A stretch of DNA of 64,000 nt, from NCBI GenBank assembly GCA_963692865.2, contig OY843592.1:992001-1056000 (forward strand), given 5' to 3'. The notes beneath the pieces are model-generated. The model was not told where the DNA came from, did not search any database, and saw only the letters and a list, made by a program, of their open reading frames with translations. The stretch is from a bacterium (lineage in GTDB: Bacteria; UBA8248). Below are positions 39,076 through 48,800 of the stretch, in pieces; position 1 is the first letter of the stretch; each line of letters opens with the position of its first letter. The position numbers and the translations under genes were made by a program.

Positions 39076-40215
39076 ATGAGCCGGGACTTCATGCGCGCGC
39101 GCGTCTTAAGAGGCCCTCTGGGCGACATCCTCGAAAAAGTCGAGGCGGGGCTGCGCCTCACCTTCGATGAGGGCGTGCGCCTCTATGAGGCCGGGGACGT
39201 GAACGCCGTCGGCTATCTGGCGAACGTTGTGCGCGAGCGACTGCACGGGAACCGCACCTACTACAACGTGAACAGCCACATCAACTATTCGAACATCTGC
39301 GTGCTGTGGAAGGCGTGCAAGTTCTGCGCGTTCGGCAAGAAAGAGGGCCAGCAGGACGCCTATGCGTATTCGCTGGAGGAAATCTTCAGGATGGCGGAGA
39401 CGCTGGGCCGGGGCCGCACCGAGTTCCACATGGTGGGCGGCCTGCATCCCGATCTGCCCTTCGACTACTATCTGGAGATGATCCAGGGCATCAAGGAGAT
39501 GCACCCCCAGTTGCACCTCAAGGTCTTCACGGCGACGGAGATCCGCTTTCTCGCCGATCACGTCGCGAAGATGAGCGTCGAGGAGACGCTGGATCATCTC
39601 GTGCGCTCGGGGCTTGGTTCGCTCACGGGCGGAGGCGCGGAGATTTTCGCCGAACCCACGCGCTCCAGGATATGCAAGGGCAAGCACTCGGGCGAGGACT
39701 GGCTCGAAATCCACCGCATCGCCCACAACAAGGGCATCCGAAGCACCTGCACCATGCTCTACGGCCACGTGGAATCGAACGAGGACCGCGTGGACCACAT
39801 GCTGAGGCTCCGGGACCTGCAGGACGAGACCGGCGGGTTCACCACCTTCATCCCGCTCGCGTTCCACCCCGAGAACACGCAGATGGACGACATCCCCCCC
39901 ACGGGCGGGATGCTCGACATCAGGAACTACGCCGTCGGCCGTCTTCTGCTCGACAACATTCCCCACATCAAGGCCTACTGGATCATGGTGGGCCAGCCCG
40001 TCGCGCAAATCTCGCAGCGCTTCGGCGTGGACGACCTGGACGGCACCGTCGTTCAGGAGAAGATCTACCACATGGCGGGCGCGAAGACGCCGCACGAACT
40101 CACCGTGAACGACATCCGCCGCCTCATCAGAGAGGCGGGGCGCGAACCCGTCGAGCGCGACACGCTCTACCGCGAGGTCACGCGCCAGGGAGATCAATGG
40201 GCAGTCCACGCCTGA
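39076..40215 (+). CDS. mqnE: Aminofutalosine synthase (radical SAM)
   Basis: INYSNICVLWKACKFCAF, VGGLHP, GGGAEIF, TMLYGHVE, FIPLAFHP, NIPHIKAYW, DGTV..EKIYHMAGA. Confidence 0.92.
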   Translation: MSRDFMRARVLRGPLGDILEKVEAGLRLTFDEGVRLYEAGDVNAVGYLANVVRERLHGNRTYYNVNSHINYSNICVLWKACKFCAFGKKEGQQDAYAYSLEEIFRMAETLGRGRTEFHMVGGLHPDLPFDYYLEMIQGIKEMHPQLHLKVFTATEIRFLADHVAKMSVEETLDHLVRSGLGSLTGGGAEIFAEPTRSRICKGKHSGEDWLEIHRIAHNKGIRSTCTMLYGHVESNEDRVDHMLRLRDLQDETGGFTTFIPLAFHPENTQMDDIPPTGGMLDIRNYAVGRLLLDNIPHIKAYWIMVGQPVAQISQRFGVDDLDGTVVQEKIYHMAGAKTPHELTVNDIRRLIREAGREPVERDTLYREVTRQGDQWAVHA

Positions 40216-40223
40216 GCAATCCC

Positions 40224-42473
40224 ATGAAGCTCGGCACCGTTCCCTTCCTGAACGCCAGACCCCTCACGGTTGCGCTGGAGGGCAACCCGGCGGTCGAACT
40301 CATCGTCGAACCCCCCTCGAAGCTGGCGGATATGCTGGCGCGGGGCGAACTGGACGGCGCGCTCGTATCCTCGTTCGCCCTTTTCGGGATGCGCGGCGCG
40401 CGTTTCGCGCCCGGCGTCGGCATCGCGAGCCATGGCCCGGTGGAGAGCATCCGCCTCTATTGCCGGAAGCCCGCGGATTCGCTGCGCCGCGTGGGGCTGG
40501 ACAGCTGGTCGCTCGCCGCGACGAACATGGCGCGCGTCTACTTGAAGCACCGCTGGGGGGCGGAGCCCGAGTTCGTCGCAATCGATCCCTTGAGGCCGCC
40601 GCGAGACGACGAGACGCTCGACGCCTTTTTGCTCATCGGCGACAACGCCCTGCGCGAACCGCCCGGCGACCACTACGTGCTCGACCTGGGCGAGGAGTGG
40701 CGGAACTTCACCGGACTCCCCTTCGTCTACGCGCTCTGGGTGTTCCGTCAGGGAGCGGGAGACGCCGGGTCCGCGGCGCTCCTGCGGGACGCGAAGAAAG
40801 AGGGCGTCGGACGGATCGAGGAGATCATCGACAAGTCGCTTCCGCCGGGCGTGGATAAGAACACGGCGTGGTGCTATCTCACCGAGTGCATCCGCTACGA
40901 TGTGGGCGAAGAGGAACTCGAAGGCTTGAGGCGGTATTATGAGCTCCTCGTCGAGGACGGCCTCGCGGAGCCGGGCTGGGAGCCCCGCTTCGTCGATGAG
41001 CCGGCGGCCCGCGTGGAGGTGATAAGCGAGACGGCTTCGAAGGAGGATGAGGTGAGCGGCGACCTTTGCTTCAAGAGCATTCACGACCTGGGGACGATGA
41101 TCCGCAAAAAGGAAATCTCCCCCGTCGAGGTTATTGAGGCCCACCTGCGCCGCATCGAGGCGCTGAACCCCGAACTCTTCGCCTACCAGACGGTGACGGC
41201 CGAACTGGCGATTGAGGAAGCGCGCGCCGCCGAGGCCGAGATAATGGGGGGCCGGTGGCGGGGACCCATGCACGGCGTTCCCTATGGCGCCAAGGACATC
41301 GTCGATACGGCGGGCGTGCTCACCACCCACGGCTCCTCCTTTCACCGGGACAACGTGCCGCGCGAGGACGCGGAGATCATCAGGCGCTTGAAGGACGCGG
41401 GCGCGGTGATGCTCGGCAAGACGGCCACGCACGAGTTCGCCGCCGCGGCGGTGAGCATCAACCCCCACTACGGCGCGGTGCGGAACCCCTGGGATACCGA
41501 GCGCATCGTCGGCGGTTCGAGCGGCGGCTCGGGCGCGGCCTGCGCGGCGGGTCTCGCGCCGGCGGCCATCGGCACGGACACGGGCGGCTCCATCCGCAAC
41601 CCCGCCGCCCTGTGCGGGGGCGTGGGCTTCAAGGCCACCCACGGCCGGGTGAGCCTGCGGGGCATCTGCCCCAACGCCCTGAGCCTCGATCACGCCGGCC
41701 CCATGACGCGCACGGCGCGCGATGCGGGGCTGATGCTTCAGGCCGTTGCGGGCTATGACGCGGAGGATGCGAAGTCCCAAAACATCCCCGTTCCCGACTA
41801 CACCGCGGGGATAGAGGACGGCGTGCGCGGGAGCCGCATCCTCGTCTGTCCTGATTTTCACGGACGCGCCGAGGTGGATTCGGAGATCACCGCCGCGTTC
41901 GAGGCGGCGGTGGAAATCTTCCGCGCTTTGGGCGCGCAGGTGGAAGAAGTCTCCTTCGCGCATCACCAGAGGCTCATGGATTTCTTCCCCCTCATCTCGG
42001 GGCCGGAATTCAGCGAGTTCCACAGGCCGTTTTTCGAGCAGAACCCGGGTGGCTACGGCGAGGACGTGCGCGAGCGCCTGGAGTGGTCGTTCGAGGTCGC
42101 GCCGGACGATTACGTGCGCGCGCTCAGGGAACGCGTTCTGGCCCAGCGCGAGGTCGCCGCGTTCTTTGAAAATGCCGACGCGCTCATCCAGCCCGCCATG
42201 CCCTGCGCCGCCCCGCCGATTGCGACCCTCACCGCGCGGATGAACGGACGCGAGGTAACTTACAAGAACATCCACAGGCCGTTTCTCGCGCCGCACAACG
42301 CCACGGGCTTCCCGGCGCTCGTCACCCCGATGGGCCGGAACTCCGAGGGGATGCCGATGTCTCTCCAGATCGCGAGCGGCCCCTGGCGCGAGACGGACGT
42401 GCTTCGCGCCGCGCACGCCTACGAGCAAGCGACGCCCGAACTCAGGAACGAGCGGCCGCCCGTGGGGGCATGA
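40224..42473 (+). CDS. mqnA: Chorismate dehydratase MqnA fused in frame to an amidase-signature (GatA/AtzE-like) domain
   Basis: N-terminus LGTVPFLNARPL, LLIGDNAL, DLGEEW..FTGLPFVYALW (MqnA); C-terminus GAKDI, GGSSGGS, GTDTGGSIRNPA (amidase); no stop between them. Confidence 0.85.
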   Translation: MKLGTVPFLNARPLTVALEGNPAVELIVEPPSKLADMLARGELDGALVSSFALFGMRGARFAPGVGIASHGPVESIRLYCRKPADSLRRVGLDSWSLAATNMARVYLKHRWGAEPEFVAIDPLRPPRDDETLDAFLLIGDNALREPPGDHYVLDLGEEWRNFTGLPFVYALWVFRQGAGDAGSAALLRDAKKEGVGRIEEIIDKSLPPGVDKNTAWCYLTECIRYDVGEEELEGLRRYYELLVEDGLAEPGWEPRFVDEPAARVEVISETASKEDEVSGDLCFKSIHDLGTMIRKKEISPVEVIEAHLRRIEALNPELFAYQTVTAELAIEEARAAEAEIMGGRWRGPMHGVPYGAKDIVDTAGVLTTHGSSFHRDNVPREDAEIIRRLKDAGAVMLGKTATHEFAAAAVSINPHYGAVRNPWDTERIVGGSSGGSGAACAAGLAPAAIGTDTGGSIRNPAALCGGVGFKATHGRVSLRGICPNALSLDHAGPMTRTARDAGLMLQAVAGYDAEDAKSQNIPVPDYTAGIEDGVRGSRILVCPDFHGRAEVDSEITAAFEAAVEIFRALGAQVEEVSFAHHQRLMDFFPLISGPEFSEFHRPFFEQNPGGYGEDVRERLEWSFEVAPDDYVRALRERVLAQREVAAFFENADALIQPAMPCAAPPIATLTARMNGREVTYKNIHRPFLAPHNATGFPALVTPMGRNSEGMPMSLQIASGPWRETDVLRAAHAYEQATPELRNERPPVGA

Positions 42474-42533
42474 AACTTTTGCTCGTCTAAATAACAACAA
42501 AGTCGATTATTGGTGAAACAAAAGGAGAAAGCC

Positions 42534-43325
42534 TTGCCGAAAGCGCGCGTGAACGGAATCGACATCCACTACATCGAACGAGGCGAAGGGACGCCGCTCC
42601 TTGCGGTGCACGGGTTCCAGAACTCGCATTTCTCCTTCACGCCCCTCATCGACTGGCTCTCCGAAAGCTTCCATGTGTTCGCGCTCGATTTGCGCGGCCA
42701 CGGCGATTCGGACAAGCCCAGAGGCCCCTACGCCATCCAGACCTTCGCGGACGACGTCGTGGGTTTTCTGGACGCGCTCGGCATCGGGCGGGCCGATTAT
42801 CTCGGCCACAGCATGGGCGGGCGCACGGGCACGATGGTGGGCATCCGGCATTCCGGGCGCCTGAGCCGCCTCATGCTCTCCGCCTCGTCCGCAGGCCCGC
42901 CTTCGGGCGCATACCGGGAGATGTTCGAGACGCACTTGAAGGTGGCCCAATCCGAGGGGATGGAGGCGCTGCACGAATTCAAGCTGCGGCGGGACGAAGT
43001 TCCAGAAGGCCTGCGCGAGGGTCCCCTGGCCGCCGAATACAGGAAGAATTTCCTCAAGAACACGCCGCAGACGTTCGCCGATACGGCGCACGCGCTTTTC
43101 ACGATGCCGGTTTTACGGGACGAGCTTCATAAGATTTCCGTTCCCACCTGGGTGTGCCACGGGGAGAACGACGCAGGGCCCATCGACTTCAGCGAGGTGT
43201 ACGCGGAACACGTGCCGGACTGCGCCACTTCGATCATCCCCGATGCGGGCCACAGCTCCTTCTGGGATCAGCCCGAAGCCTTCATCGCCGAGATGGAGGC
43301 GTTTCTGGAGAAAAACCCCCTCTGA
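42534..43325 (+). CDS. Alpha/beta hydrolase
   Basis: HGF, DLRGHGDS, GHSMGG nucleophile elbow, GENDA, DAGH; TTG start after AAGGAG. Confidence 0.88.
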   Translation: MPKARVNGIDIHYIERGEGTPLLAVHGFQNSHFSFTPLIDWLSESFHVFALDLRGHGDSDKPRGPYAIQTFADDVVGFLDALGIGRADYLGHSMGGRTGTMVGIRHSGRLSRLMLSASSAGPPSGAYREMFETHLKVAQSEGMEALHEFKLRRDEVPEGLREGPLAAEYRKNFLKNTPQTFADTAHALFTMPVLRDELHKISVPTWVCHGENDAGPIDFSEVYAEHVPDCATSIIPDAGHSSFWDQPEAFIAEMEAFLEKNPL

Positions 43326-43387
43326 ATCGCCCGTTCGGGTTGCGCCGCCGGGAATCACGGCCGGGCCGGGGGAGAGGGGGGCGATTC

Positions 43388-43811
43388 AGGGTTGTTGAGA
43401 AAGACCTGGAAAACAATTTCAAGTTTCGTGCGTGCTTTTGAAGTTCACTCCCCCCTTGAGGAGGCTGTTGAAAAACCTGCAATACCGGTATGACGGCGAC
43501 AGGGCACCGCCTTGCCGTAGGGTTTGTAGGGGCCGCATGATATGCGGCCCCTACAAACCCCTCTGCCTTTCTCCTGCACGGCTTTTTCAACAACCCCTTG
43601 AGGGTTGGGCTTCCCGAGGGGAAAGCCCAACGATGAAGCCGAGCGGTTTGTGCGAAGGCTGATGCGGTGGGGGGTAAATCGCGTTTTTGCGCCATTCCGA
43701 ATTATACTCCCCACCGGTTCGCTTGCGGGCATGCGCCCTTAGCTCACCGACTCCCCCTCAAGGGGGGAGTCAAATCTAAAGCGCTCCTTCTGTGGGCTTC
43801 TTCAACACCCC
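43388..43811. mobile_element. Outer MITE-like element (homolog of 34173-34503)
   Basis: AGGGTTGTTGAGAAA ... TTCTTCAACACCCC; left arm shared with 34173-34253. Confidence 0.65.
43461..43597. mobile_element. Nested 137-bp MITE-like element with perfect 5-bp target duplication
   Basis: GAGGCTGTTGAAAAA ... TTTTTCAACAACCCC flanked by TTGAG/TTGAG; cargo GGGTTTGTAGGGGCCGCATGATATGCGGCCCCTACAAACCC palindrome. Confidence 0.88.
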
Positions 43812-43896
43812 GTTCTCCCCGGCGGTTTCATCTGTTGACCTGATCGCCGCGCTCCCGCATTATTCCGAGGGCTTGAACGAACCTTGAGGAAACCCC

Positions 43897-44976
43897 ATGA
43901 CCACGGCGACGACGGCGTTCTACGAGGCGATTGAAAAGGCGGCGGGCGGCGAGCGCCTCTCGTATGAGGAGGGACTCGCCCTGCTCGAAGGGGACGATCT
44001 GGTCGCGCTTGGCGCGGCGGCGGACGACGTTCGCGCGCGCCTCCATCCCGAGGGTTACGCCACCTATTGCGTGGACAGAAACATCAACTACACGAACGTG
44101 TGCGACGTCTACTGCACGTTCTGCGCGTTCTACCGCCCGCCGGGGGATCACCCCGAAGCCTACATCCGCACGCGCGATGAGATAAGGGAGAAACTCGACG
44201 AGCTCTACGCCGTGGGCGGCAGGCAGATCCTGCTGCAGGGGGGCCACCATCCGGATCTCCGGATCGAATGGTACGAGGAGCTCTTCTCCTGGATGAAGGG
44301 GGAGTTCCCGGACCTCCATCTCCACGCCTTGAGTCCGCCGGAGATTCACCACATCGCCAGATTAGAAGACATGCCCTACGAGGTGGTGCTCACGCGCCTG
44401 CGCGCTGCGGGCCTCGATTCCGTGCCGGGCGGGGGCGGCGAGATTCTGGTCGACCGCGTGCGGGAGAAGATTTCGAGGCTGAAAGTCGACACGGAGGGCT
44501 GGCTCCAAGTCATGCGCGCCGCCCACAACCTGGGGGTCCGCACGACCGCCACGATGATGTTCGGCCACGTGGAGACGGACGCGGAACGGGTCGAACACCT
44601 GCACCGCCTGCGCGGGCTTCAGGACGAGACGGGCGGCTTCACGGCCTACATCTGCTGGACGTTCCAGAACGACGGCGCGGCGCCCCTCAAGGCGCAGACG
44701 GTGGGCAGCAGCGAGTATCTCAGGATGCTGGCCATCAGCCGCCTGTATCTGGACAACGTCGTGAACATCCAATCCTCCTGGGTGACGCAGGGCATGAAGG
44801 TCGGTGAGTTGTCCCTCCGCTACGGCTGCAACGACATGGGCTCCACCATGCTGGAGGAAAACGTGGTGAGCGCGGCGGGCACCACCTACGCCCTGAACGA
44901 GGACGACCTCCACCGGATGGCGCGGAACGCGGGCTTCACGCCCAAGCGGCGCAATTTCTTCTACGAACTGATCTGA
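43897..44976 (+). CDS. mqnC: Cyclic dehypoxanthinyl futalosine synthase (radical SAM)
   Basis: DRNINYTNVCDVYCTFCAFYR, QILLQGGHHP, ATMMFGHVE, ICWTFQ, NIQSSWVTQG, DMGSTMLEENVVSAAG. Confidence 0.94.
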   Translation: MTTATTAFYEAIEKAAGGERLSYEEGLALLEGDDLVALGAAADDVRARLHPEGYATYCVDRNINYTNVCDVYCTFCAFYRPPGDHPEAYIRTRDEIREKLDELYAVGGRQILLQGGHHPDLRIEWYEELFSWMKGEFPDLHLHALSPPEIHHIARLEDMPYEVVLTRLRAAGLDSVPGGGGEILVDRVREKISRLKVDTEGWLQVMRAAHNLGVRTTATMMFGHVETDAERVEHLHRLRGLQDETGGFTAYICWTFQNDGAAPLKAQTVGSSEYLRMLAISRLYLDNVVNIQSSWVTQGMKVGELSLRYGCNDMGSTMLEENVVSAAGTTYALNEDDLHRMARNAGFTPKRRNFFYELI

Positions 44977-44989
44977 CAACACCTTCCCC

Positions 44990-46273
44990 GTGACGACGGA
45001 ACCTCACCGCACGTCCCAAGCGCAGAAGATGGAGCTTTGGCTGGCGGACCTGGTCTGCCCGGTGGATGGGCCGCCCATCCGGCGCGGCGCGATCCTCACC
45101 GCCTCGGGCCGCGTTCTGGCGGTGGGGGAGGAGGCCTTCGTTCGCCCCGCGGAACCCGTGGCCGAGGAGCGCGATTTCGGGCGCGCGATCCTGATTCCCG
45201 GCCTCGTCAACGCGCACACGCACCTGGAGCTCTCGGGCGTCGAGCGCGAGCCTGGGCCGATGGAGGATTGGATCGTCTCGCTCGTGCGCGAGATGAGGGG
45301 CTGGCCCGCGCACCTGTTCCTCGCCTCGGCGCGCATCGGCGCCGCCGCGAGTCTGGCGGCGGGCGTCACCTGCGCCGGCGACGTCTCGACCTCGGGAGAG
45401 AGCGCCACGGCGATGGCGGGCGCGGGCATGCGCGGCGTGGTGTTCCACGAGGTGCTGGGTATCGACCCGGCCAAGGCGGAGGAGGTTCTGGCGGCGAAAC
45501 TCGAAGCCTGCGACCTCTTCCCCGAATACGAAGGCCCCGTCCCGGACGCCGTTCGGCACGGCCTGAGCCCCCACGCGCCCTATAGCGCCTCGCTCGCCCT
45601 CTACCGCGCCGCCCGCGATGAGGCGCGGGCGCGAGGCTGGCCCGTGGCGACGCACCTGGGCGAAAGTCTGGGTGAGATCGAATTCCTGCAGGACGGCGGC
45701 GGCGCGCTCGCAAGGGTCCACCGGGCGTTGAACGGCGCGCCGGCGGACTTCAAGCCCTCGGGACTCCGGCCCGTCGCCCATCTCGATCTGGCGGACGCGC
45801 TGGACGGCCTGACCCTCGCCGTTCACGCGAACCAGACGAACGCGGAGGACTGGGCGCTCTTGAGGAAGAACGGGGTGAGCGTCTGTCTCTGTCCGCGCTC
45901 GGCGGGCTTTTTCGGCCATCCCTTCGCCGATGCGGCGCGCATGCGCGAGGCGGGGCTGGCGTTGTGCCTGGGAACCGACAGCCTGGCGAGCAGCCCCAGC
46001 CTCTCGCTTCTGGACGAGGCCCGCGCCCTTCGCGAGACGGATGTGGAGATCACGGACGCCGAACTGCTCGATATGTGCACGCGCGCGGGCGCCGAGGCGC
46101 TCGGCTTCGAGAACCTGGGCGTTTTGAAGCCGGGCGGCGCGGCGGATTTCTGCGTCGTCTGTCCGCCTCGCGGTATGGGCGGTTTGCACCTGGGCGACGC
46201 GTTCGATGAGGACGCGTTCGTCGTCTGCACCGTCACGAACGGGGAGGTCCGCTACGAGGCGCCGAGCGCTTGA
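44990..46273 (+). CDS. Amidohydrolase, probable aminodeoxyfutalosine deaminase
   Basis: NAHTHLELS, SPHAPYS, HLGES, CPRS, GTDSLAS motifs; directly follows mqnC. Confidence 0.75.
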   Translation: MTTEPHRTSQAQKMELWLADLVCPVDGPPIRRGAILTASGRVLAVGEEAFVRPAEPVAEERDFGRAILIPGLVNAHTHLELSGVEREPGPMEDWIVSLVREMRGWPAHLFLASARIGAAASLAAGVTCAGDVSTSGESATAMAGAGMRGVVFHEVLGIDPAKAEEVLAAKLEACDLFPEYEGPVPDAVRHGLSPHAPYSASLALYRAARDEARARGWPVATHLGESLGEIEFLQDGGGALARVHRALNGAPADFKPSGLRPVAHLDLADALDGLTLAVHANQTNAEDWALLRKNGVSVCLCPRSAGFFGHPFADAARMREAGLALCLGTDSLASSPSLSLLDEARALRETDVEITDAELLDMCTRAGAEALGFENLGVLKPGGAADFCVVCPPRGMGGLHLGDAFDEDAFVVCTVTNGEVRYEAPSA

Positions 46274-46538
46274 GGCTGCTGAAAAATCCTCTCCTCGTCC
46301 TGCGCAGTCCGCCGCTCCGCCTCACCCTGAGTAGCCGCCGAAGGCGGCGTATCGAAGGGCGAAATTCACGCCCACCGGAGGAATGCGCCCCCATCCTTCG
46401 ATACGGCGCTTACGCGCCTACTCAGGATGAGGGTTCGGGGCGCTTGTGCCCGGTATGAGGGCGTCAAGCGTTCTGCGAAGCTCGAAGTTGCGCCGATGGA
46501 GTGAATTCCGAGCGAGATGGGACTTTTTCAACAGCCCC
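46272..46538. mobile_element. MITE-like element overlapping the upstream stop codon
   Basis: GAGGCTGCTGAAAAA ... TTTTTCAACAGCCCC; cargo homologous to 38690-38810; no clean target duplication. Confidence 0.72.
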
Positions 46539-46674
46539 GCGTGAGGCGGTTTCGCCGCCCGCGTCCCGGTGCGGAATGCGCGCCGGGGTTCGGTGTGGTA
46601 TAAACCCGAAAATTTCGCATCGGCGCATCTTTTCACATACGAGGCGATGAGCCTCTCAGGGAGAATGAGTATCC

Positions 46675-47280
46675 ATGGCGAGAAAACTGACGAGTTTCGA
46701 TAATTCCAACTGGAAGACCCGCAAGGCCCGCTACGACGTGGCCGAGGCGGGCATCGGCCGCGTGCTGGCCATCCGCATGGCGCCGGGGGACGATCTGTTC
46801 GGCACGACGCTCAAGATATGCCGGGAGAAGAATGTGAAGGCGGGCGTCATCCTGAGCGTGGCGGCGAGCCTCCAAAAGGCGGTGCTCAGAAACGTCTGGC
46901 AGTTCCCGAACCCGTTCCCCATCAACGACGAGTGCCGCATCTTCACGCCCATAAACGGCCCGCTGGAGCTCCTGCAGATGAGCGGCAACATCACCGAGAC
47001 CGAGGCGGGCGAGCCCTACCTCCACGCCCACGTCACCATATCGATGGGCCGGCCCGAGGCGACGTGCTTCGGCGGCCACCTCGTGGAGGGGTGCACCATC
47101 TTCAGCACGTGCGAGATGGTGATCGCCGAGTTGGCCGATATCTCCTTCATGCGCGTGATGGACAGGCACACCCGCGTGGGCGAGGTCTTCGGCATCGAGA
47201 CGAACGGGAAAACCGACGACGCGATCAAAAAAGAGATCACCAAGCGCAAGGCGCGCCCCAAGCCCAAGGGGGTGCGCTAG
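46675..47280 (+). CDS. PPC/DUF296 domain protein
   Basis: R..PGDDL, ELL..SGNI, HAHVTIS, GGHL..G.....TCE motifs. Confidence 0.85.
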   Translation: MARKLTSFDNSNWKTRKARYDVAEAGIGRVLAIRMAPGDDLFGTTLKICREKNVKAGVILSVAASLQKAVLRNVWQFPNPFPINDECRIFTPINGPLELLQMSGNITETEAGEPYLHAHVTISMGRPEATCFGGHLVEGCTIFSTCEMVIAELADISFMRVMDRHTRVGEVFGIETNGKTDDAIKKEITKRKARPKPKGVR

Positions 47281-47311
47281 TTTTCGGGAGAATCACCCTG
47301 ACGCATGCTTT

Positions 47312-47351
47312 GAGGGGCCGCTCCGCATGGGGCGGCCTCTCTTTTTTTTTT
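47312..47351 (+). terminator. Rho-independent terminator
   Basis: 13-bp stem GAGGGGCCGCTCC/GGGGCGGCCTCTC (with G-U pairs), 4-nt loop, followed by a run of 10 T. Confidence 0.85.
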
Positions 47352-47370
47352 CGAGCGAGCCGCGCCGGAG

Positions 47371-47841
47371 GGGGTCGTTGAAAAGGCCCCGGGCAGGGTA
47401 AAGGCAACCCTCTTGAAGGGGAACCCCCATAAAGGCAACCCCCCCTACCCCCCCTTGTCAGGGGGGCAAGAAAAAGCAAGGCCCTCTCTGCCCGGCGAGG
47501 AACATCGCCTTTTCCACCCCCCCCCTGACTTGGTAAGGCGCATCGCCTTTTTATACCCCCCTGACAAGGGGCTGTTGAAAAAGCCGGAGAGAGACAATTT
47601 GTTTGTAGGGGCCGCATATCATGCGGCCCGCCGCCGGAGAGGCGAAAAAAGGCCGGGTCGCATGATATGTCGGACATATATGTCCGACCTACGGGTAAAA
47701 CGTGGTTGATGCGAGAGGGACAGCTTTTTCAACAAGCCCGACAAGGGGGGGTAGGGGGGGTTGATTCCGACGAGGGGTTCGTGCGGAAGCGGCCTTCCCG
47801 CTAAAGGCGATGTTCCCCGGCAAGCACTTGTCAACACCCCC
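47371..47841. mobile_element. Outer MITE-like element with poly-C/poly-G hairpin repeats
   Basis: GGGGTCGTTGAAAAG ... TTGTCAACACCCCC; contains CCCCCCTACCCCCCTTGTCAGGGGGG ... CCCCCTGACAAGGGGGGGTAGGGGGG. Confidence 0.6.
47568..47739. mobile_element. Nested MITE-like element with perfect 5-bp target duplication
   Basis: GGGGCTGTTGAAAAAGC ... GCTTTTTCAACAAGCCC flanked by GACAA/GACAA, splitting a CCCCCTGACAAGGGGG hairpin. Confidence 0.88.
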
Positions 47842-48401
47842 TACAGCCAGCGGCGCACGCTTTGGCAGTATTCGCCGTATTCCTCGCCGAATTTCTCCGC
47901 GAGGTAATCCTCCTCGCGCGCGACGATGGCCACCCGCACCGTGGCGAGGAGCGGCGCGCCCAGCACGAATATCCACAAGTTGTTGAGGAATATCCCGAGC
48001 CCCAGGAAGAGGCACATGTAGCCGAGATAGATGGGGTTGCGCGAGAAGCGGTAGGGCCCCTCCGTGATGAGGGCGTGCGCCGGCTTGTTCGTCTCGTGGT
48101 TCGTGCGGGCGTTCCTGTAGCAGACGAGGGAGGTCGAATTGAGGACGGCGCCCGCGAGCACCAGCCCCGCCCCGAGCGTGAAGCGCACGTTCTCGGGGAA
48201 GGCGTAGGTCGGGAACAGGGCGTCGAAGCCCACGCCCATGATGAAGTACATCGCGAAATACCAGACCGGCTTGATGGGGATTTCGGGGCGGTCCTCCGGC
48301 GTCTCCCCCTGGGGTTCGGGGCTTTTGTCCTTCCAGGGCATGAGCTTGTTCGGGTCGTCGAAATCGGTGAACTTCCTGAACCAGTCTTTCATGAGGGACA
48401 A
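47841..48401 (-). CDS. Isoprenylcysteine carboxylmethyltransferase (ICMT/PEMT) family protein
   Basis: LITEGPYRFSRNPIYLG and REE.YL..KFGEEY..Y...VRRWL motifs; start may be ATG 48392. Confidence 0.9.
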   Translation of the reverse strand: MSLMKDWFRKFTDFDDPNKLMPWKDKSPEPQGETPEDRPEIPIKPVWYFAMYFIMGVGFDALFPTYAFPENVRFTLGAGLVLAGAVLNSTSLVCYRNARTNHETNKPAHALITEGPYRFSRNPIYLGYMCLFLGLGIFLNNLWIFVLGAPLLATVRVAIVAREEDYLAEKFGEEYGEYCQSVRRWL

Positions 48402-48404
48402 TCT

Positions 48405-48677
48405 CTAGTTATCGCTTTGGCTGCGAGACGCCTTGTAGCGCTGGTTCATGCTCTGGGCGACGCCCGCCATGACGGCGGCGGTCAAATCGAATGCGGCGTC
48501 GAGCGTCTCCTCGGTGAGGCCCGCTTTCCCGGCGTCCGCCAGGCGGCGGTCCACTCACGGCTGGCAGTTGCGGACGATGGCGACGGCGAGGCCCATCAGG
48601 ATTTTCTCGCGGTCGGTGAGCAGGTCCACGTTGTGGGCGTCGCGGTAGAACCGGCGAAAATCGGCGCGCTCGGTCAT
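48405..48677 (-). CDS. AhpD/carboxymuconolactone decarboxylase-like probable selenoprotein (CxxU), 90 aa
   Basis: SD GAGGAG then ATG; MTERADFRRFYRDAHNVDLLTDREKILMGLAVAIVRNCQP-UGA-VDRRLADAGKAGLTEETLDAAFDLTAAVMAG...DN-UAG; the UGA (48555-48557) sits at the second Cys position of the AhpD CxxC motif and is followed by a SECIS-like hairpin. Confidence 0.8.
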
Positions 48678-48800
48678 ATTCTCTCTCCTCGGGTGGCGAA
48701 CGGCGGAATCGGTGGATTATAAGGGGGCGTATGCGCATTCTCAATCGCTTTCGGCGCGGCTGATGCACTGGCTCCGTGCAAGAGAGATATAAAAGGTTTC

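Noticed and set aside
43326-43896. Repeat stacks as possible CRISPR arrays or integron attC cassettes
   Set aside because: No regularly spaced identical direct repeats with unique spacers, and no cas or integrase gene; the repeats are palindromic REP/MITE types.
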